Source: Candidatus Culexmicrobium profundum (GTDB lineage Archaea; Thermoproteota; Methanomethylicia; Culexarchaeales; Culexmicrobiaceae). From it: a DNA stretch of 32,214 nt. Positions 1 through 9,400 of this stretch are shown piece after piece. The position numbers were made by a program, and so were the translations under genes. Numbering within the stretch: position 1 is the first letter of the stretch; the number at the start of each line of letters is the position of its first letter. The notes below the pieces were generated by a model that saw nothing but the letters and a program-made list of their open reading frames with translations, did not search any database and was not told the origin of the DNA. The stretch lies in contig JANZKD010000001.1 of NCBI GenBank assembly GCA_025061245.1, positions 1-32,214 of the forward strand, read 5' to 3'.

Positions 1-53
1 TCTCCCCGTTTATGTTATAATTGCTAGTTAAAACCGTAACACTATTTCATCCT

Positions 54-66
54 AAAGCTTATAAAT
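54..66 (+). promoter_or_regulatory. BRE/TATA promoter of the nuoA-I-like operon
   Basis: AAAGC-TTATAAAT about 45 nt upstream of the TTG start; AAGGTGA RBS at 94-100. Confidence 0.55.
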
Positions 67-107
67 AATTTTGTAATAAGAACTGAAAGACGTAAGGTGA
101 TTGTAAT

Positions 108-437
108 TTGTGGGTTGAATTGCTGCTCTCAGCTCCTATCACTTTCATAATAATATTCGTAATACTCTACTTGGTTTATTACTCCGGTAAATACACTGCC
201 TTTAAGCATCAGCATACTGAGGCTGAGCTGGATCCATATGCTTGTGGTGAGGGACCTGACAAGTATCCTGCTGAGTATATTCAGATGAATGTCCAGCTGT
301 ATAGATTTGCAATGTACTTTACTATATTTGATGTTGCAGCTTTTCTCCTTGCAGTTTCAGTGAGTTCACCTATTTTGGTGTTAGCATTATACATTGCAGT
401 TATGATTGCTGCATTAATTTTACTTCCGAAAGGGTGA
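108..437 (+). CDS. nuoA: NuoA/FpoA-like membrane subunit
   Basis: Three TM segments, PYACGE loop, FTIFDV motif; first gene of the A-B-C-D-H-I run. Confidence 0.85.
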   Translation: MWVELLLSAPITFIIIFVILYLVYYSGKYTAFKHQHTEAELDPYACGEGPDKYPAEYIQMNVQLYRFAMYFTIFDVAAFLLAVSVSSPILVLALYIAVMIAALILLPKG

Positions 438-441
438 GATT

Positions 442-876
442 ATGGTTTCAATAATTGGGTGGAGTAGGATTAGAAGTCCATGGATCCTCTATATGGGGAC
501 TGGTCATTGTAATGCATGTGATATAGAAGTCCTAGCGGTATTGGCTCCTAGATTTGATGTTGAAAGATTCGGTATCTTATTGAAAGGGAGTCCTAGACAT
601 GCAGATGTCCTTGTTGTTACTGGTGCCGTTTCAAGGCAAACTGCACCAAGACTTAAGAGGATATATGAGCAGATGCCTAATCCTAAATTTGTGATTGCTG
701 TGGGTACCTGTGCTTGTTCAGGTGGTGTTTATTGGGGTTGCTATAATGTCTTAGGAGGAATTGATAAGGTTATTCCTGTTGATGTCTATATACCTGGTTG
801 CCCTGTTAGGCCTGAGGCTGTAATTCAAGGTGTAGCTAAGTTATTGGCTAAACTTCAGGGTGGAGGGAAGAAATAA
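442..876 (+). CDS. nuoB: Group 4 [NiFe]-hydrogenase small subunit (NuoB-like)
   Basis: SPW..CNACDIE, RFDVERFG, SPRHAD, GTCACSGG, IPGCP; CxxC instead of the tandem CC of NuoB/FpoB. Confidence 0.92.
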   Translation: MVSIIGWSRIRSPWILYMGTGHCNACDIEVLAVLAPRFDVERFGILLKGSPRHADVLVVTGAVSRQTAPRLKRIYEQMPNPKFVIAVGTCACSGGVYWGCYNVLGGIDKVIPVDVYIPGCPVRPEAVIQGVAKLLAKLQGGGKK

Positions 877-1352
877 TGTCTAAGTCTACTTCGAAGGAAG
901 AATTCATTGCACATGAGCTTAAGAGTAACTTTGGAGATGTAATATCGGAGTTAAAGGTTACTGGGCCGAGGAGAGTTTATGTTACTGTTCCTCCTGAGTC
1001 GCTTCGCGATATTCTACTTTTCCTAAAGAATATGTTTAATGCTAGACATATTGTTACAATTACTGGAATTGATATGATGAAGTCTTTTGAATTAATTTAT
1101 CATATAGCCGTGCCAGGTGAGCATATTAGATCAATTTTAGTTAATGTTAAAACTCATATTCCACGCGATAATCCCACTATGCCTTCAGTTGTTGACATAC
1201 TGCCAGGTGCAACTCTATATGAACGTGAAGTTCATGATTTACTGGGTATTGTTTTTGAAGGACATCCGAATCTTGAAAGATTAATCCTACCTGATGACTG
1301 GCCTGAAGATGAGTTTCCATTAAGAAAGGATTGGAAACCTAAGGAGGTATGA
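876..1352 (+). CDS. nuoC: NuoC-like subunit
   Basis: YEREVHDLLGIVFEGHP and FPLRKD motifs. Confidence 0.93.
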   Translation: MSKSTSKEEFIAHELKSNFGDVISELKVTGPRRVYVTVPPESLRDILLFLKNMFNARHIVTITGIDMMKSFELIYHIAVPGEHIRSILVNVKTHIPRDNPTMPSVVDILPGATLYEREVHDLLGIVFEGHPNLERLILPDDWPEDEFPLRKDWKPKEV

Positions 1353-2533
1353 TGATGTCTATATATAGGATTCCTGTAGGTCCTCAACACCCGGCGATTA
1401 AGGAAGGTTTTCAATGGAACTTTAAATTGGATGGTGAAGTAATCGTTGATGTTACACCTAGATTGGGCTTTGTGCATAGAGGTATTGAGAAGGGAATGGA
1501 GTTAAGGTCATGGGTTCAAGGAATATATCTTGCTGAAAGAATTTGTGGTATTTGCAATACTCCTCACACCACTTGCTATTGTCTTGCAGTAGAGCAGTTA
1601 TATGATGTTGAAGTTCCCAAGAGAGCTCAATATCTAAGAATTATCATCAATGAATTGAACAGGATTCACAGCCACCTTCTCTGGATAGGAGTTTTAGGTA
1701 TGGAAATTGGCTTTATGACGTATTTCATGTATGTATGGAGAGATAGGGAAAGAGTGATGGATATAGTTGAACTAATAACTGGCAATAGAGTTACGATGTC
1801 AATGAACATGATTGGTGGAGTGGTTTACGATATAACTCCGCCAATGGAAGGAATTATTAGAAGGGGACTAGATTATCTTGAGGAAAGAACCAAGTATTAT
1901 AAAGAGGTTCTTTTAAATGAGCCAACTATTCGGGCTAGAACTGAGAATGTAGGTGTGCTTAGTAAGTCTGATGCTATAGATTTATGTGCAGTTGGTCCAA
2001 CTTTGAGAGGTTCTGATGTAAAGAGTGATGCACGTTTTGATGAGCCCTATTCTTCTTATGATGAAATTTCATTTAACTTAGTAACTTACCCCTACTGTGA
2101 TGTTTATGCACGTGCCCTTGTTAGGGCTGATGAGACACTTGAATCAATTAAAATAATTAGAGAATGTCTAGATAAGATGCCTAGTGGGCCAATTAAAGTT
2201 AGATTAAAACGGACTCCTCCTCCTGGTGAAGCTGTAGCAAGAGTTGAAGCTCCAAGAGGAGAATTGCTACATTATGTTAAATCTGATGGGAAGGAAAAGC
2301 CCTATAGAGTTAAAATGAGGACACCGACACTTGCAAATATACCTGCAACCTGTGAAATGTTGAAGGGTTACTATATAGCAGATATCCCTGCAATTATAGC
2401 TAGCATTGATCCATGCTACTGTTGTACTGAACGAATGCTTTTCATAGACATAAATAGTGGCAAAAGTTGGGTATGGACTGATAGTGAGCTTAGGAGGTAT
2501 AGTTTAAAGTATTATCGTGAGAGGAGGAAGTAG
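1349..2533 (+). CDS. Group 4 [NiFe]-hydrogenase large subunit (NuoD-like)
   Basis: GPQHP, HRGIEK, L1 ERICGIC, EAPRGE, L2 DPCYCCTER followed by a C-terminal extension. Confidence 0.93.
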   Translation: MMMSIYRIPVGPQHPAIKEGFQWNFKLDGEVIVDVTPRLGFVHRGIEKGMELRSWVQGIYLAERICGICNTPHTTCYCLAVEQLYDVEVPKRAQYLRIIINELNRIHSHLLWIGVLGMEIGFMTYFMYVWRDRERVMDIVELITGNRVTMSMNMIGGVVYDITPPMEGIIRRGLDYLEERTKYYKEVLLNEPTIRARTENVGVLSKSDAIDLCAVGPTLRGSDVKSDARFDEPYSSYDEISFNLVTYPYCDVYARALVRADETLESIKIIRECLDKMPSGPIKVRLKRTPPPGEAVARVEAPRGELLHYVKSDGKEKPYRVKMRTPTLANIPATCEMLKGYYIADIPAIIASIDPCYCCTERMLFIDINSGKSWVWTDSELRRYSLKYYRERRK

Positions 2534-3487
2534 ATGATGAATGTTTTGTATTATTTATTTCGAGTTTTGATTTATCCTGGATTTTTGTTTATTTCGGCAT
2601 TGGCATTTGTGTTTGAGTGGATTGATAGGAAAGCTCATGCACACTTCCAAAATAGAATTGGTCCTCTATATGCTGGACCACATGGTTTTCTACAGCCTCT
2701 AGCTGATTTTATAAAGTTAATGGCTAAAGAAGATTTTACTCCAACATGGGCAAATCCAGTATTCTTCAACATTACTCCAGTATTGGCTGCAACACTTCCT
2801 GTTTTTGCTTCATTCTACATTCCATTTACAGGCATGCCTGTTCTGCCTCCGTTTGAAGGGGATCTAGTGCTTGTTTTGACTTTGACTACCTTCTTTACAA
2901 TAACTGCTTTCTTGGCAGGATGGTTTTCATCTAATAGATTTAGCTCTGTGGGTGCTATTAGAGTCGTTCTCCAATTTTTAGGCTATGAAATTCCAATGTT
3001 TATTTCTTTGGGCTCAGCAGCTATTGCTGCTGGCTCTCTTTCAATAACAAAGATTGCTAATAGCCAAGTTATACCATTTGCTATTTTGCAGCCTTTAGGT
3101 TTCGCAATTTACATTATAGCTCTTCAAGCAGAGTTGGAGAAGATCCCATTCGATATTCCTGAGGCTGAAAGTGAAATTGTTGCTGGATGGTTAACTGAAT
3201 TTGCAGGTAGGAAACTGGCTTTCTTTAGGTTATCAGAGGATTTAAGACTAGTTTTAGGTGCTGGCTTGGCAACAGCGGTTTTCCTTGGTGGTGGAAGTGG
3301 TGCTATTCTTCCACCAATAGTTTGGTTCTTGATAAAGATGGTGATAGTAGTTCTTATTGCAACTTCGTTGAGAACTGTTTTCGCCAGGTTGAAGATAGAT
3401 CAGGTTGTTAGAGGTGCATGGAAGTATCTGCTGCCCTTAGCTTTACTTCAATTGTTGATAACTAAAATCTTATTGGTGGTGATGTAG
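2534..3487 (+). CDS. nuoH: NuoH-like membrane subunit
   Basis: QNRIGP, LQPLADFIKL, PFDIPEAESEIVAG. Confidence 0.93.
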   Translation: MMNVLYYLFRVLIYPGFLFISALAFVFEWIDRKAHAHFQNRIGPLYAGPHGFLQPLADFIKLMAKEDFTPTWANPVFFNITPVLAATLPVFASFYIPFTGMPVLPPFEGDLVLVLTLTTFFTITAFLAGWFSSNRFSSVGAIRVVLQFLGYEIPMFISLGSAAIAAGSLSITKIANSQVIPFAILQPLGFAIYIIALQAELEKIPFDIPEAESEIVAGWLTEFAGRKLAFFRLSEDLRLVLGAGLATAVFLGGGSGAILPPIVWFLIKMVIVVLIATSLRTVFARLKIDQVVRGAWKYLLPLALLQLLITKILLVVM

Positions 3488-3832
3488 ATGGCGATGCTTA
3501 GGGAGATTTGGAGACATTTCTTTAAAAAGCCTGTAACCGTTAAGTATCCATTTGAAAAACTTGAGCCTGCTGAAAGATATAGGGGAAGGCATGAATTTTA
3601 TATTGATAGATGTGTTGGCTGCGGGTTATGTGCGAAAGAGTGTCCTGCTCTTGCAATAGAGATGGTACCAAGTGATAAGACTGTTGGTGGTAAGAAGCCT
3701 GTTTTCTATTTAGACAGATGTATTTTCTGTCAGCAGTGTGAACGAATTTGCCCTAGAAATGCTATTAAGCTAACGAAGTTCTATGAGCTTGCTGCATATG
3801 ATAAAAGTGAATTGGTACTTGACATTTCCTAG
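3488..3832 (+). CDS. nuoI: NuoI-like 2x[4Fe-4S] subunit
   Basis: TVKYPFE, RGRH, CVGCGLCAKECP, CIFCQQCERICP. Confidence 0.93.
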   Translation: MAMLREIWRHFFKKPVTVKYPFEKLEPAERYRGRHEFYIDRCVGCGLCAKECPALAIEMVPSDKTVGGKKPVFYLDRCIFCQQCERICPRNAIKLTKFYELAAYDKSELVLDIS

Positions 3833-3898
3833 CTAATGAGGGATAATAGCTAAATATATTCTTTGTTTTAACTTCTATTTATTTGGGAGACTCCTTGG

Positions 3899-5179
3899 AT
3901 GAAGATGATTGCAGATTTACACTTACATTCACATTATAGCGCTGCAACCAGTCCCGATATGACTATCCCTAAAATAGCGTATTATGCCAAAATTAAGGGA
4001 CTGAAAATTATTGGTACAGGTGATGCTTTTAATCCTTCCTGGCTTAGAGAGTTAAAATTAACTTTAGAGGAATCGTCGTATCCTGGGTTGTATTCTCCTT
4101 TAACTCCTGTTGAGGATGTATTTTTTATCATGCAATCTGAGGTTGGAACCATATTTGAGTTTGAGGGTAAGGTTAGACGTGTACATCATGTAATTTTAAT
4201 GCCGAATATTGAAGTTGCAGAGCAGATTTCTGACATTCTATCCTTTTATGGTAACGTTTCTTCTGATGGTAGACCCGTATTTAATATGCATCCTTCAGAG
4301 CTTGTTGAGATCGTCTTGGAGGTAGATGAGAATTGTTTAATATATCCTGCTCATGCGTGGACACCGTGGTGGAGCATTTTTGGTTCCTTTAGTGGCGTGG
4401 ATAGAATGGAGGATTGCTATGGTGACCAAGTTAAAAAGATATACGCATTAGAGACGGGGTTAAGTAGTGATCCGGAGATGAATTGGAGGGTGAGTGCCTT
4501 AGATAAATATGCTCTTGTTAGTGCCTCTGATGCTCATTCTCCATGGCCATTTAGATTGGGGAGAGAGGCCTGTGTCTTTGACTTTAAGAAGCCAAGCTAT
4601 TATGAACTTATTGATGCTATTAAACATAAGGATGCAAGTCGTTTTTTGATGACAATTGAGGTGGATCCTGCGTATGGCAAATATCATTGGTCTGGCCATC
4701 GGAAATGCGGTTTTGGCCCTATACCCCCTTCTGAAGCTGCTAAGCTGAATTACATTTGCCCTATTTGTGGAAGGAAATTAACTAAGGGTGTTGATGATCG
4801 AGTGGAGGAATTAGCAGATAGACCTAAAGGTTTTAGACCTGAGAAGGCAATTCCCTACATAAAATTATTGCCTCTCCAAGAACTTATTGCAACAGTTTTA
4901 GGAATAAGTCCATTCAATGTTAGACGTTTATACACTGGAAAGGTTTGGGAAGAATATCTTAAGCTTATACATAAACTGGGACCGGAATATAGAGTTGTTC
5001 TAGATGCACCATTAGATGAAATTGCAAAGGTTACATCAAGTGGGATAGCTAAGGCAATAGCTAAGCTAAGGAGTAATAGTCTTAAAGTTATTCCGGGATA
5101 TGATGGTGTATATGGTAAAATAATATTTTTTGAGGATAAGGAAGATCAATTAGATTTAAAGAAGTTTATTTCCTATTAG
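3899..5179 (+). CDS. Endonuclease Q family protein (PHP domain plus Zn finger)
   Basis: DLHLHSHYS, PAHAWTPW, ETGLSSD, SDAHS, GKYH..GHRKC, CPICG, PGYDGVYG. Confidence 0.88.
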   Translation: MKMIADLHLHSHYSAATSPDMTIPKIAYYAKIKGLKIIGTGDAFNPSWLRELKLTLEESSYPGLYSPLTPVEDVFFIMQSEVGTIFEFEGKVRRVHHVILMPNIEVAEQISDILSFYGNVSSDGRPVFNMHPSELVEIVLEVDENCLIYPAHAWTPWWSIFGSFSGVDRMEDCYGDQVKKIYALETGLSSDPEMNWRVSALDKYALVSASDAHSPWPFRLGREACVFDFKKPSYYELIDAIKHKDASRFLMTIEVDPAYGKYHWSGHRKCGFGPIPPSEAAKLNYICPICGRKLTKGVDDRVEELADRPKGFRPEKAIPYIKLLPLQELIATVLGISPFNVRRLYTGKVWEEYLKLIHKLGPEYRVVLDAPLDEIAKVTSSGIAKAIAKLRSNSLKVIPGYDGVYGKIIFFEDKEDQLDLKKFISY

Positions 5180-5841
5180 GATTCTTTCTTTACTAGGAAT
5201 TCTCTCCATCTACCATCTCTTAGTCGTCGGATAACTCCTTTCCATCCTTCTTGATCTACAATGTCTGCGATTATCATCCAATCTATTTTGAGTAGTGCTA
5301 CTGTAATTATTATCAGAAATATTATTGAAGCAATTGCCCCGTATATACTTCCACCCAACATTAATCCTAGGATATTCACAAATGTCTTACCGAATACTGC
5401 TATGAACATGCTTAAAGCTATTTTACCTGCTAGACATGCTATTAGGAATTTGAAGAAACTGTATCTAATTAATCCTAGTGGAATGATTACTATGTCATCT
5501 GGTGATGGTGTAATCGTAAATACGAATACAGCTAATGCTCCATATTTATCAAGTAATTGTCTTAAGCGAGCTATCCTATACTCTTTTTCCTCTCCTATGA
5601 GTTTTCCACTTCCGAAACTGAATATGTATACGATTACTTTACCTACTGTGCCTCCTATTCCGCTAATAATGCCTAGTATTACTGGTTCGACTGGAAGGTA
5701 TGCTGCCATGTAAAATATTGCGACAAGATATGGTATTGGAATAAAGGGTATTAAGTTTCCTAGAACGGACACTATAAATGCGCCTAGGTATCCATGTTCA
5801 ACTACTATTTGTATTAACCATTTCTCTAGATTTTCAAGCAA
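5176..5841 (-). CDS. DedA/VTT (SNARE-associated) family membrane protein
   Basis: GNLIPFIPIP, TPSPDD..IIPLGL, CLAGK; multiple TM helices. Confidence 0.8.
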   Translation of the reverse strand: MLENLEKWLIQIVVEHGYLGAFIVSVLGNLIPFIPIPYLVAIFYMAAYLPVEPVILGIISGIGGTVGKVIVYIFSFGSGKLIGEEKEYRIARLRQLLDKYGALAVFVFTITPSPDDIVIIPLGLIRYSFFKFLIACLAGKIALSMFIAVFGKTFVNILGLMLGGSIYGAIASIIFLIIITVALLKIDWMIIADIVDQEGWKGVIRRLRDGRWREFLVKKES

Positions 5842-5923
5842 TCAAATTTCACTCCATAACTTCTCCAACGCTGTTTAAATTTGTACTTTATGATATTTAG
5901 CTCTTAATGTTTAAGAGACTGGA

Positions 5924-5936
5924 AAAGCTTTTAAAG
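5924..5936 (+). promoter_or_regulatory. BRE/TATA promoter of the nuoJ-J'-K-N-like operon
   Basis: AAAGCTTTTAAAG, nearly identical to the nuoA promoter element. Confidence 0.5.
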
Positions 5937-5994
5937 TGTTAAAAGAAACTTCATTATCGCCATGAATCTTTCGTTATAAAGCGGGGGCAGAGAT

Positions 5995-6252
5995 TTGGAG
6001 TTTGCGTCGATTGTATCCTTACTTTTGGGTATACTTATAGTGGCTTTTGCAGTATTGGCTATTGAAATAAAGAACATAACTCATGCAATACTTTCATTAT
6101 GTGCTTTTAGTATAATTATTGCAATAGCCTTCATATTGTTAAATGCTCCATATGTTGCTGTTTTTCAACTTGCAATTTATGCTGGTGCTGTTACTGTTCT
6201 ATTTCTCATTACTATTATGTTAACTAAGAAGGAGGAGGTAGAGTTGCCATGA
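5995..6252 (+). CDS. nuoJ: NuoJ N-terminal half
   Basis: LNAPYVAVFQLAIYAGAVTVLFL is the NuoJ TM3 signature. Confidence 0.88.
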   Translation: MEFASIVSLLLGILIVAFAVLAIEIKNITHAILSLCAFSIIIAIAFILLNAPYVAVFQLAIYAGAVTVLFLITIMLTKKEEVELP

Positions 6253-6527
6253 AGTTGAATGAAATTATAGGAGCAATTACAGCTCTAATACTTGCCTACT
6301 TTCTAGCTAATCTTCTAACCTCCGGCTTCGCAGAATTAGGGCTCTTTCCCTATGCTGGAAGGGCATTTTGGCTCACACCACCAGGAACAAATTTCTATCA
6401 AATCGGTCAAGCTGTTGGACAGTTTCTATGGAGGCTAAGATCTATTGACGTCTTAGCCCAAGTTCTTGTTCTATTTTCATCGGCACTTGGCGTTGTATGT
6501 TTGCTTAGGGAGGAGAAGGAAAAATGA
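6249..6527 (+). CDS. NuoJ C-terminal half / MnhB-N-like small membrane subunit
   Basis: Lies between J and K with overlapping stop/start; LW.LRSID.LAQ precedes the final TM. Confidence 0.65.
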   Translation: MKLNEIIGAITALILAYFLANLLTSGFAELGLFPYAGRAFWLTPPGTNFYQIGQAVGQFLWRLRSIDVLAQVLVLFSSALGVVCLLREEKEK

Positions 6528-6841
6528 GTTCTCCACTCTTCACCTTTATGGCTACTTCTGCAGTTTTACTTGCAGTTGGCTTATATGGGCTAATGGTTAA
6601 GAGAAACATGATTAGATTGATAATTTCACTTGAGATTCTAGTTAGTGCTGCGAATTTAAATTTCATAACTTTCTCAGCGTTCAGATCACTGGGTCTAGTT
6701 GATCCACTAGCACATACTTACACAATTATCATCATCTCTATAGAAGCCTGTGTAATTGGTGTAGCCTTGGCTTTCGTTATAAATGCATATAAGCATTATA
6801 AGACTCTTGATGTAACTAAGTTGAAGAAGTTGAGGTGGTAG
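6524..6841 (+). CDS. nuoK: NuoK-like subunit
   Basis: GLYG...KRNMIRLIISLEIL...NL; second Glu in IEACVIGV. Confidence 0.9.
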   Translation: MSSPLFTFMATSAVLLAVGLYGLMVKRNMIRLIISLEILVSAANLNFITFSAFRSLGLVDPLAHTYTIIIISIEACVIGVALAFVINAYKHYKTLDVTKLKKLRW

Positions 6842-8346
6842 CCGTGTTTGCAATAGTTTTGCCTATATTGACTTTGGTTTTCTTTGCAATTGTCACCCCC
6901 TTCCTAAGTAAAATTACTAGGAGTGTTGGTTTAAAGAATGTTGAGAGTTACTGGACAACTTTGGGCTTTTTGCTGGCTTTGATTGTTGATTTCCGTTTGC
7001 TAGGTCCGATTGCTGAGAATAATGTTTTAGTGTACATTCCATACCCTACTTCAAAGCCGCCGGTAGCAGGTTTCTTTGCAGTTGATTGGCTAGGTTTCTT
7101 TGTTTCACTAATTTTCATTTTAGTTGGTTTTCTATCTGCAATACATTCCATCGACTACATGAGTCATGACACTGGTCTTGATCAATATTATGCATTGCTA
7201 TTATTGATGGTTGCTGGAATGGTTGGACTTGCATTTGCAGGTGACTTTTTGACTTTCATTGTTTTCTGGGAGTTAATGAGTATTTCGTCATATTGTCTCG
7301 TTGGCTTTAGAAAGCATCTCTGGGAACCTATAGAGGCTGGATTTAAGTATCTTATAATGAGTGCTTCTGGTTCAGCATTGGTTTTATTTGCCATGTCGAT
7401 ATTATATGGTCTAACTGGTTCACTTAGCTTTGCACATATAGCTTCTTCAATGATGTATGCTGACTCATCACAGCTAATTTACTTAGTGGTGGCTTTACTA
7501 GTTGCTGGTTTTGGAGTTAAGGCAGCTGCTGTTCCATTCCACTTCTGGCTTCCTGACGCTCACCCTGCAGCACCAAGCCCAATTAGCGCTATGCTTTCAG
7601 GTGTTGTAATAAAGACTGGTGTTTATGCGCTTATTAGGACTTTATACCTATTCTTTACTCCCTCACTAGTAGATTTCACCATGATTATGGCAATACTCTC
7701 TGTTGTAACTATGACTGTTGGCAATATTATGGCGCTCCTGCAAAAGGATATAAAGAGGCTACTTGCCTATTCAAGTATTGGTCAAATAGGATATATTCTA
7801 TTAGCAATGTCGTTGGGTACTCCTTTCGGCTTGACTGGTGCTATACTTCACATATTTAACCATGCTCTTATGAAGGGTCTTGCTTTTCTCTGTGCTGGTG
7901 CAATAATTCATGTAGTTGGGACAAGGAATATTGATGAATTAATAGGCGTTGGAAAGAAAATGCCAATTACATCCATTGCATTCAGCATTTCACTATTGTC
8001 CTTAAGTGGTGTGCCATTCCTTAACGGTTTTATAAGTAAATATATGATCTTTGCAGCTGCAATTGAAGCCCACGCCTACCTTCTTACAGTTATCGGTCTT
8101 CTTAATAGCGGGCTGTCTGTTGTATATTACTTAAGGCTGATTCAGCTTTTAATACTTAGAGAGCCGAAGGGTAAAGCCGCTACTGCAAGGGAAGCTTCGA
8201 TTCTAATTTTAATTCCACTCGTAGTTATGGCACTTCTATGTGTTCTGTTTGGAATATGGCCGGAGCCAGTTTACAGGATGGCTGAAGCTGCTGCTAATTC
8301 TGCTTTTGCAAAAATTGAATACATACAATCTGTAATTAAGCCGTGA
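6835..8346 (+). CDS. Antiporter-like subunit (NuoN/MrpD type)
   Basis: FWELM, EAGFKY, KAAAVPFHFWLPDAHPAAP, KRLLAYSS; follows nuoK. Confidence 0.88.
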   Translation: MVAVFAIVLPILTLVFFAIVTPFLSKITRSVGLKNVESYWTTLGFLLALIVDFRLLGPIAENNVLVYIPYPTSKPPVAGFFAVDWLGFFVSLIFILVGFLSAIHSIDYMSHDTGLDQYYALLLLMVAGMVGLAFAGDFLTFIVFWELMSISSYCLVGFRKHLWEPIEAGFKYLIMSASGSALVLFAMSILYGLTGSLSFAHIASSMMYADSSQLIYLVVALLVAGFGVKAAAVPFHFWLPDAHPAAPSPISAMLSGVVIKTGVYALIRTLYLFFTPSLVDFTMIMAILSVVTMTVGNIMALLQKDIKRLLAYSSIGQIGYILLAMSLGTPFGLTGAILHIFNHALMKGLAFLCAGAIIHVVGTRNIDELIGVGKKMPITSIAFSISLLSLSGVPFLNGFISKYMIFAAAIEAHAYLLTVIGLLNSGLSVVYYLRLIQLLILREPKGKAATAREASILILIPLVVMALLCVLFGIWPEPVYRMAEAAANSAFAKIEYIQSVIKP

Positions 8347-8348
8347 TT

Positions 8349-9278
8349 TTAACTTAATACCTTCTCTTTCAATCTACAAAATGCACATAGGTCTTGCGAA
8401 GTAGGATAGCCACATTTAATACATTCATTAATTTTTTGATCTACCTTGTCTGAATAGTGGCTCTCTAATGCTTTATAGATTTTATTTGTAAAGTTTCTTA
8501 ATAGTGAGAGTTTTGTTCCTGGTCTGATTTCTTCTAGTTGCATTATTATTTTCTTGAATTTTAGTATTGGTGAGTCTTGTGCATAGGGGCATGGTATTTC
8601 AATGTATTTTAAATTATTTATTAGACAGTAGATTTGAGTTTCTAAGTCTGAGATTTCACATAGTGGTTTTATTCTGGCTATTAGTTTTTCATGTATTTTT
8701 GGTAAGTGTGGTTTTCTTTTGAGGAGCATGTTAATGTTTCCGTTGATGTAGTTTAACATTAAAAATGTAACTTCATCATCTAGGGTGTGGCCTGTTGCTA
8801 TTTTGTCTGCATTAATTTCAAGTGCATATTCATTTAATATTCTTCTTTTGATTAATCCGCAAATTGAGCATGGAGGTCTTCTAATTTTTCTTACAGCTTC
8901 ATTGATTGTGAATCCATATTTCTCTTTAATGGAGATAACCTTGTTTTCAATCTTTATTGTTGAGCATATTTGATTGAAGATTTCTCTACTTTTTGTTGAG
9001 TATTCATTGATTCCTAAGTCGATATGCACTGCCATCAACTCGTTGGTATCTTTGAGTATTTCGGTTAATGCATGTAGCATTGCAATACTATCTTTTCCTC
9101 CTGAAACTCCAATTAATATCTTTTCATTGTGTTTAATCATCTGGTATTTCTTTATTGTTTTTGCTACTCTGTTTATGAAGTATGTTTTAAAGTGTTCTTT
9201 GCATAATCTGATGCCTGCATATTTCAGGGATATGAATGCTTTTGACTTGCACATTGAACATTTACTCTTTTTTCTCAT
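8349..9278 (-). CDS. TtuA/Ncs6-family tRNA 2-thiolation protein
   Basis: N-terminal CxxC..CxxH, PP-loop SGGKDS, PCSICG, TGHTLDD, CPY, C-terminal CxxC..CxxC; start moved to ATG 9278 behind a GGTGAG RBS. Confidence 0.9.
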   Translation of the reverse strand: MRKKSKCSMCKSKAFISLKYAGIRLCKEHFKTYFINRVAKTIKKYQMIKHNEKILIGVSGGKDSIAMLHALTEILKDTNELMAVHIDLGINEYSTKSREIFNQICSTIKIENKVISIKEKYGFTINEAVRKIRRPPCSICGLIKRRILNEYALEINADKIATGHTLDDEVTFLMLNYINGNINMLLKRKPHLPKIHEKLIARIKPLCEISDLETQIYCLINNLKYIEIPCPYAQDSPILKFKKIIMQLEEIRPGTKLSLLRNFTNKIYKALESHYSDKVDQKINECIKCGYPTSQDLCAFCRLKEKVLS

Positions 9279-9400
9279 TTGTTTCTCACCTTTCCTTAAT
9301 CTGGTTCTATCCTGATATTTATACTCAAGCGCAAAAATTAAAAGTATCATCATATCCAAAGACATAAGGCACAGGCTGTATAGCATTTGGCGGTGTACCT

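Noticed and set aside
5261..5713. 150-aa antisense ORF and similar short ORFs nested in recognised genes
   Set aside because: Fully overlap well-supported genes and show no motifs.
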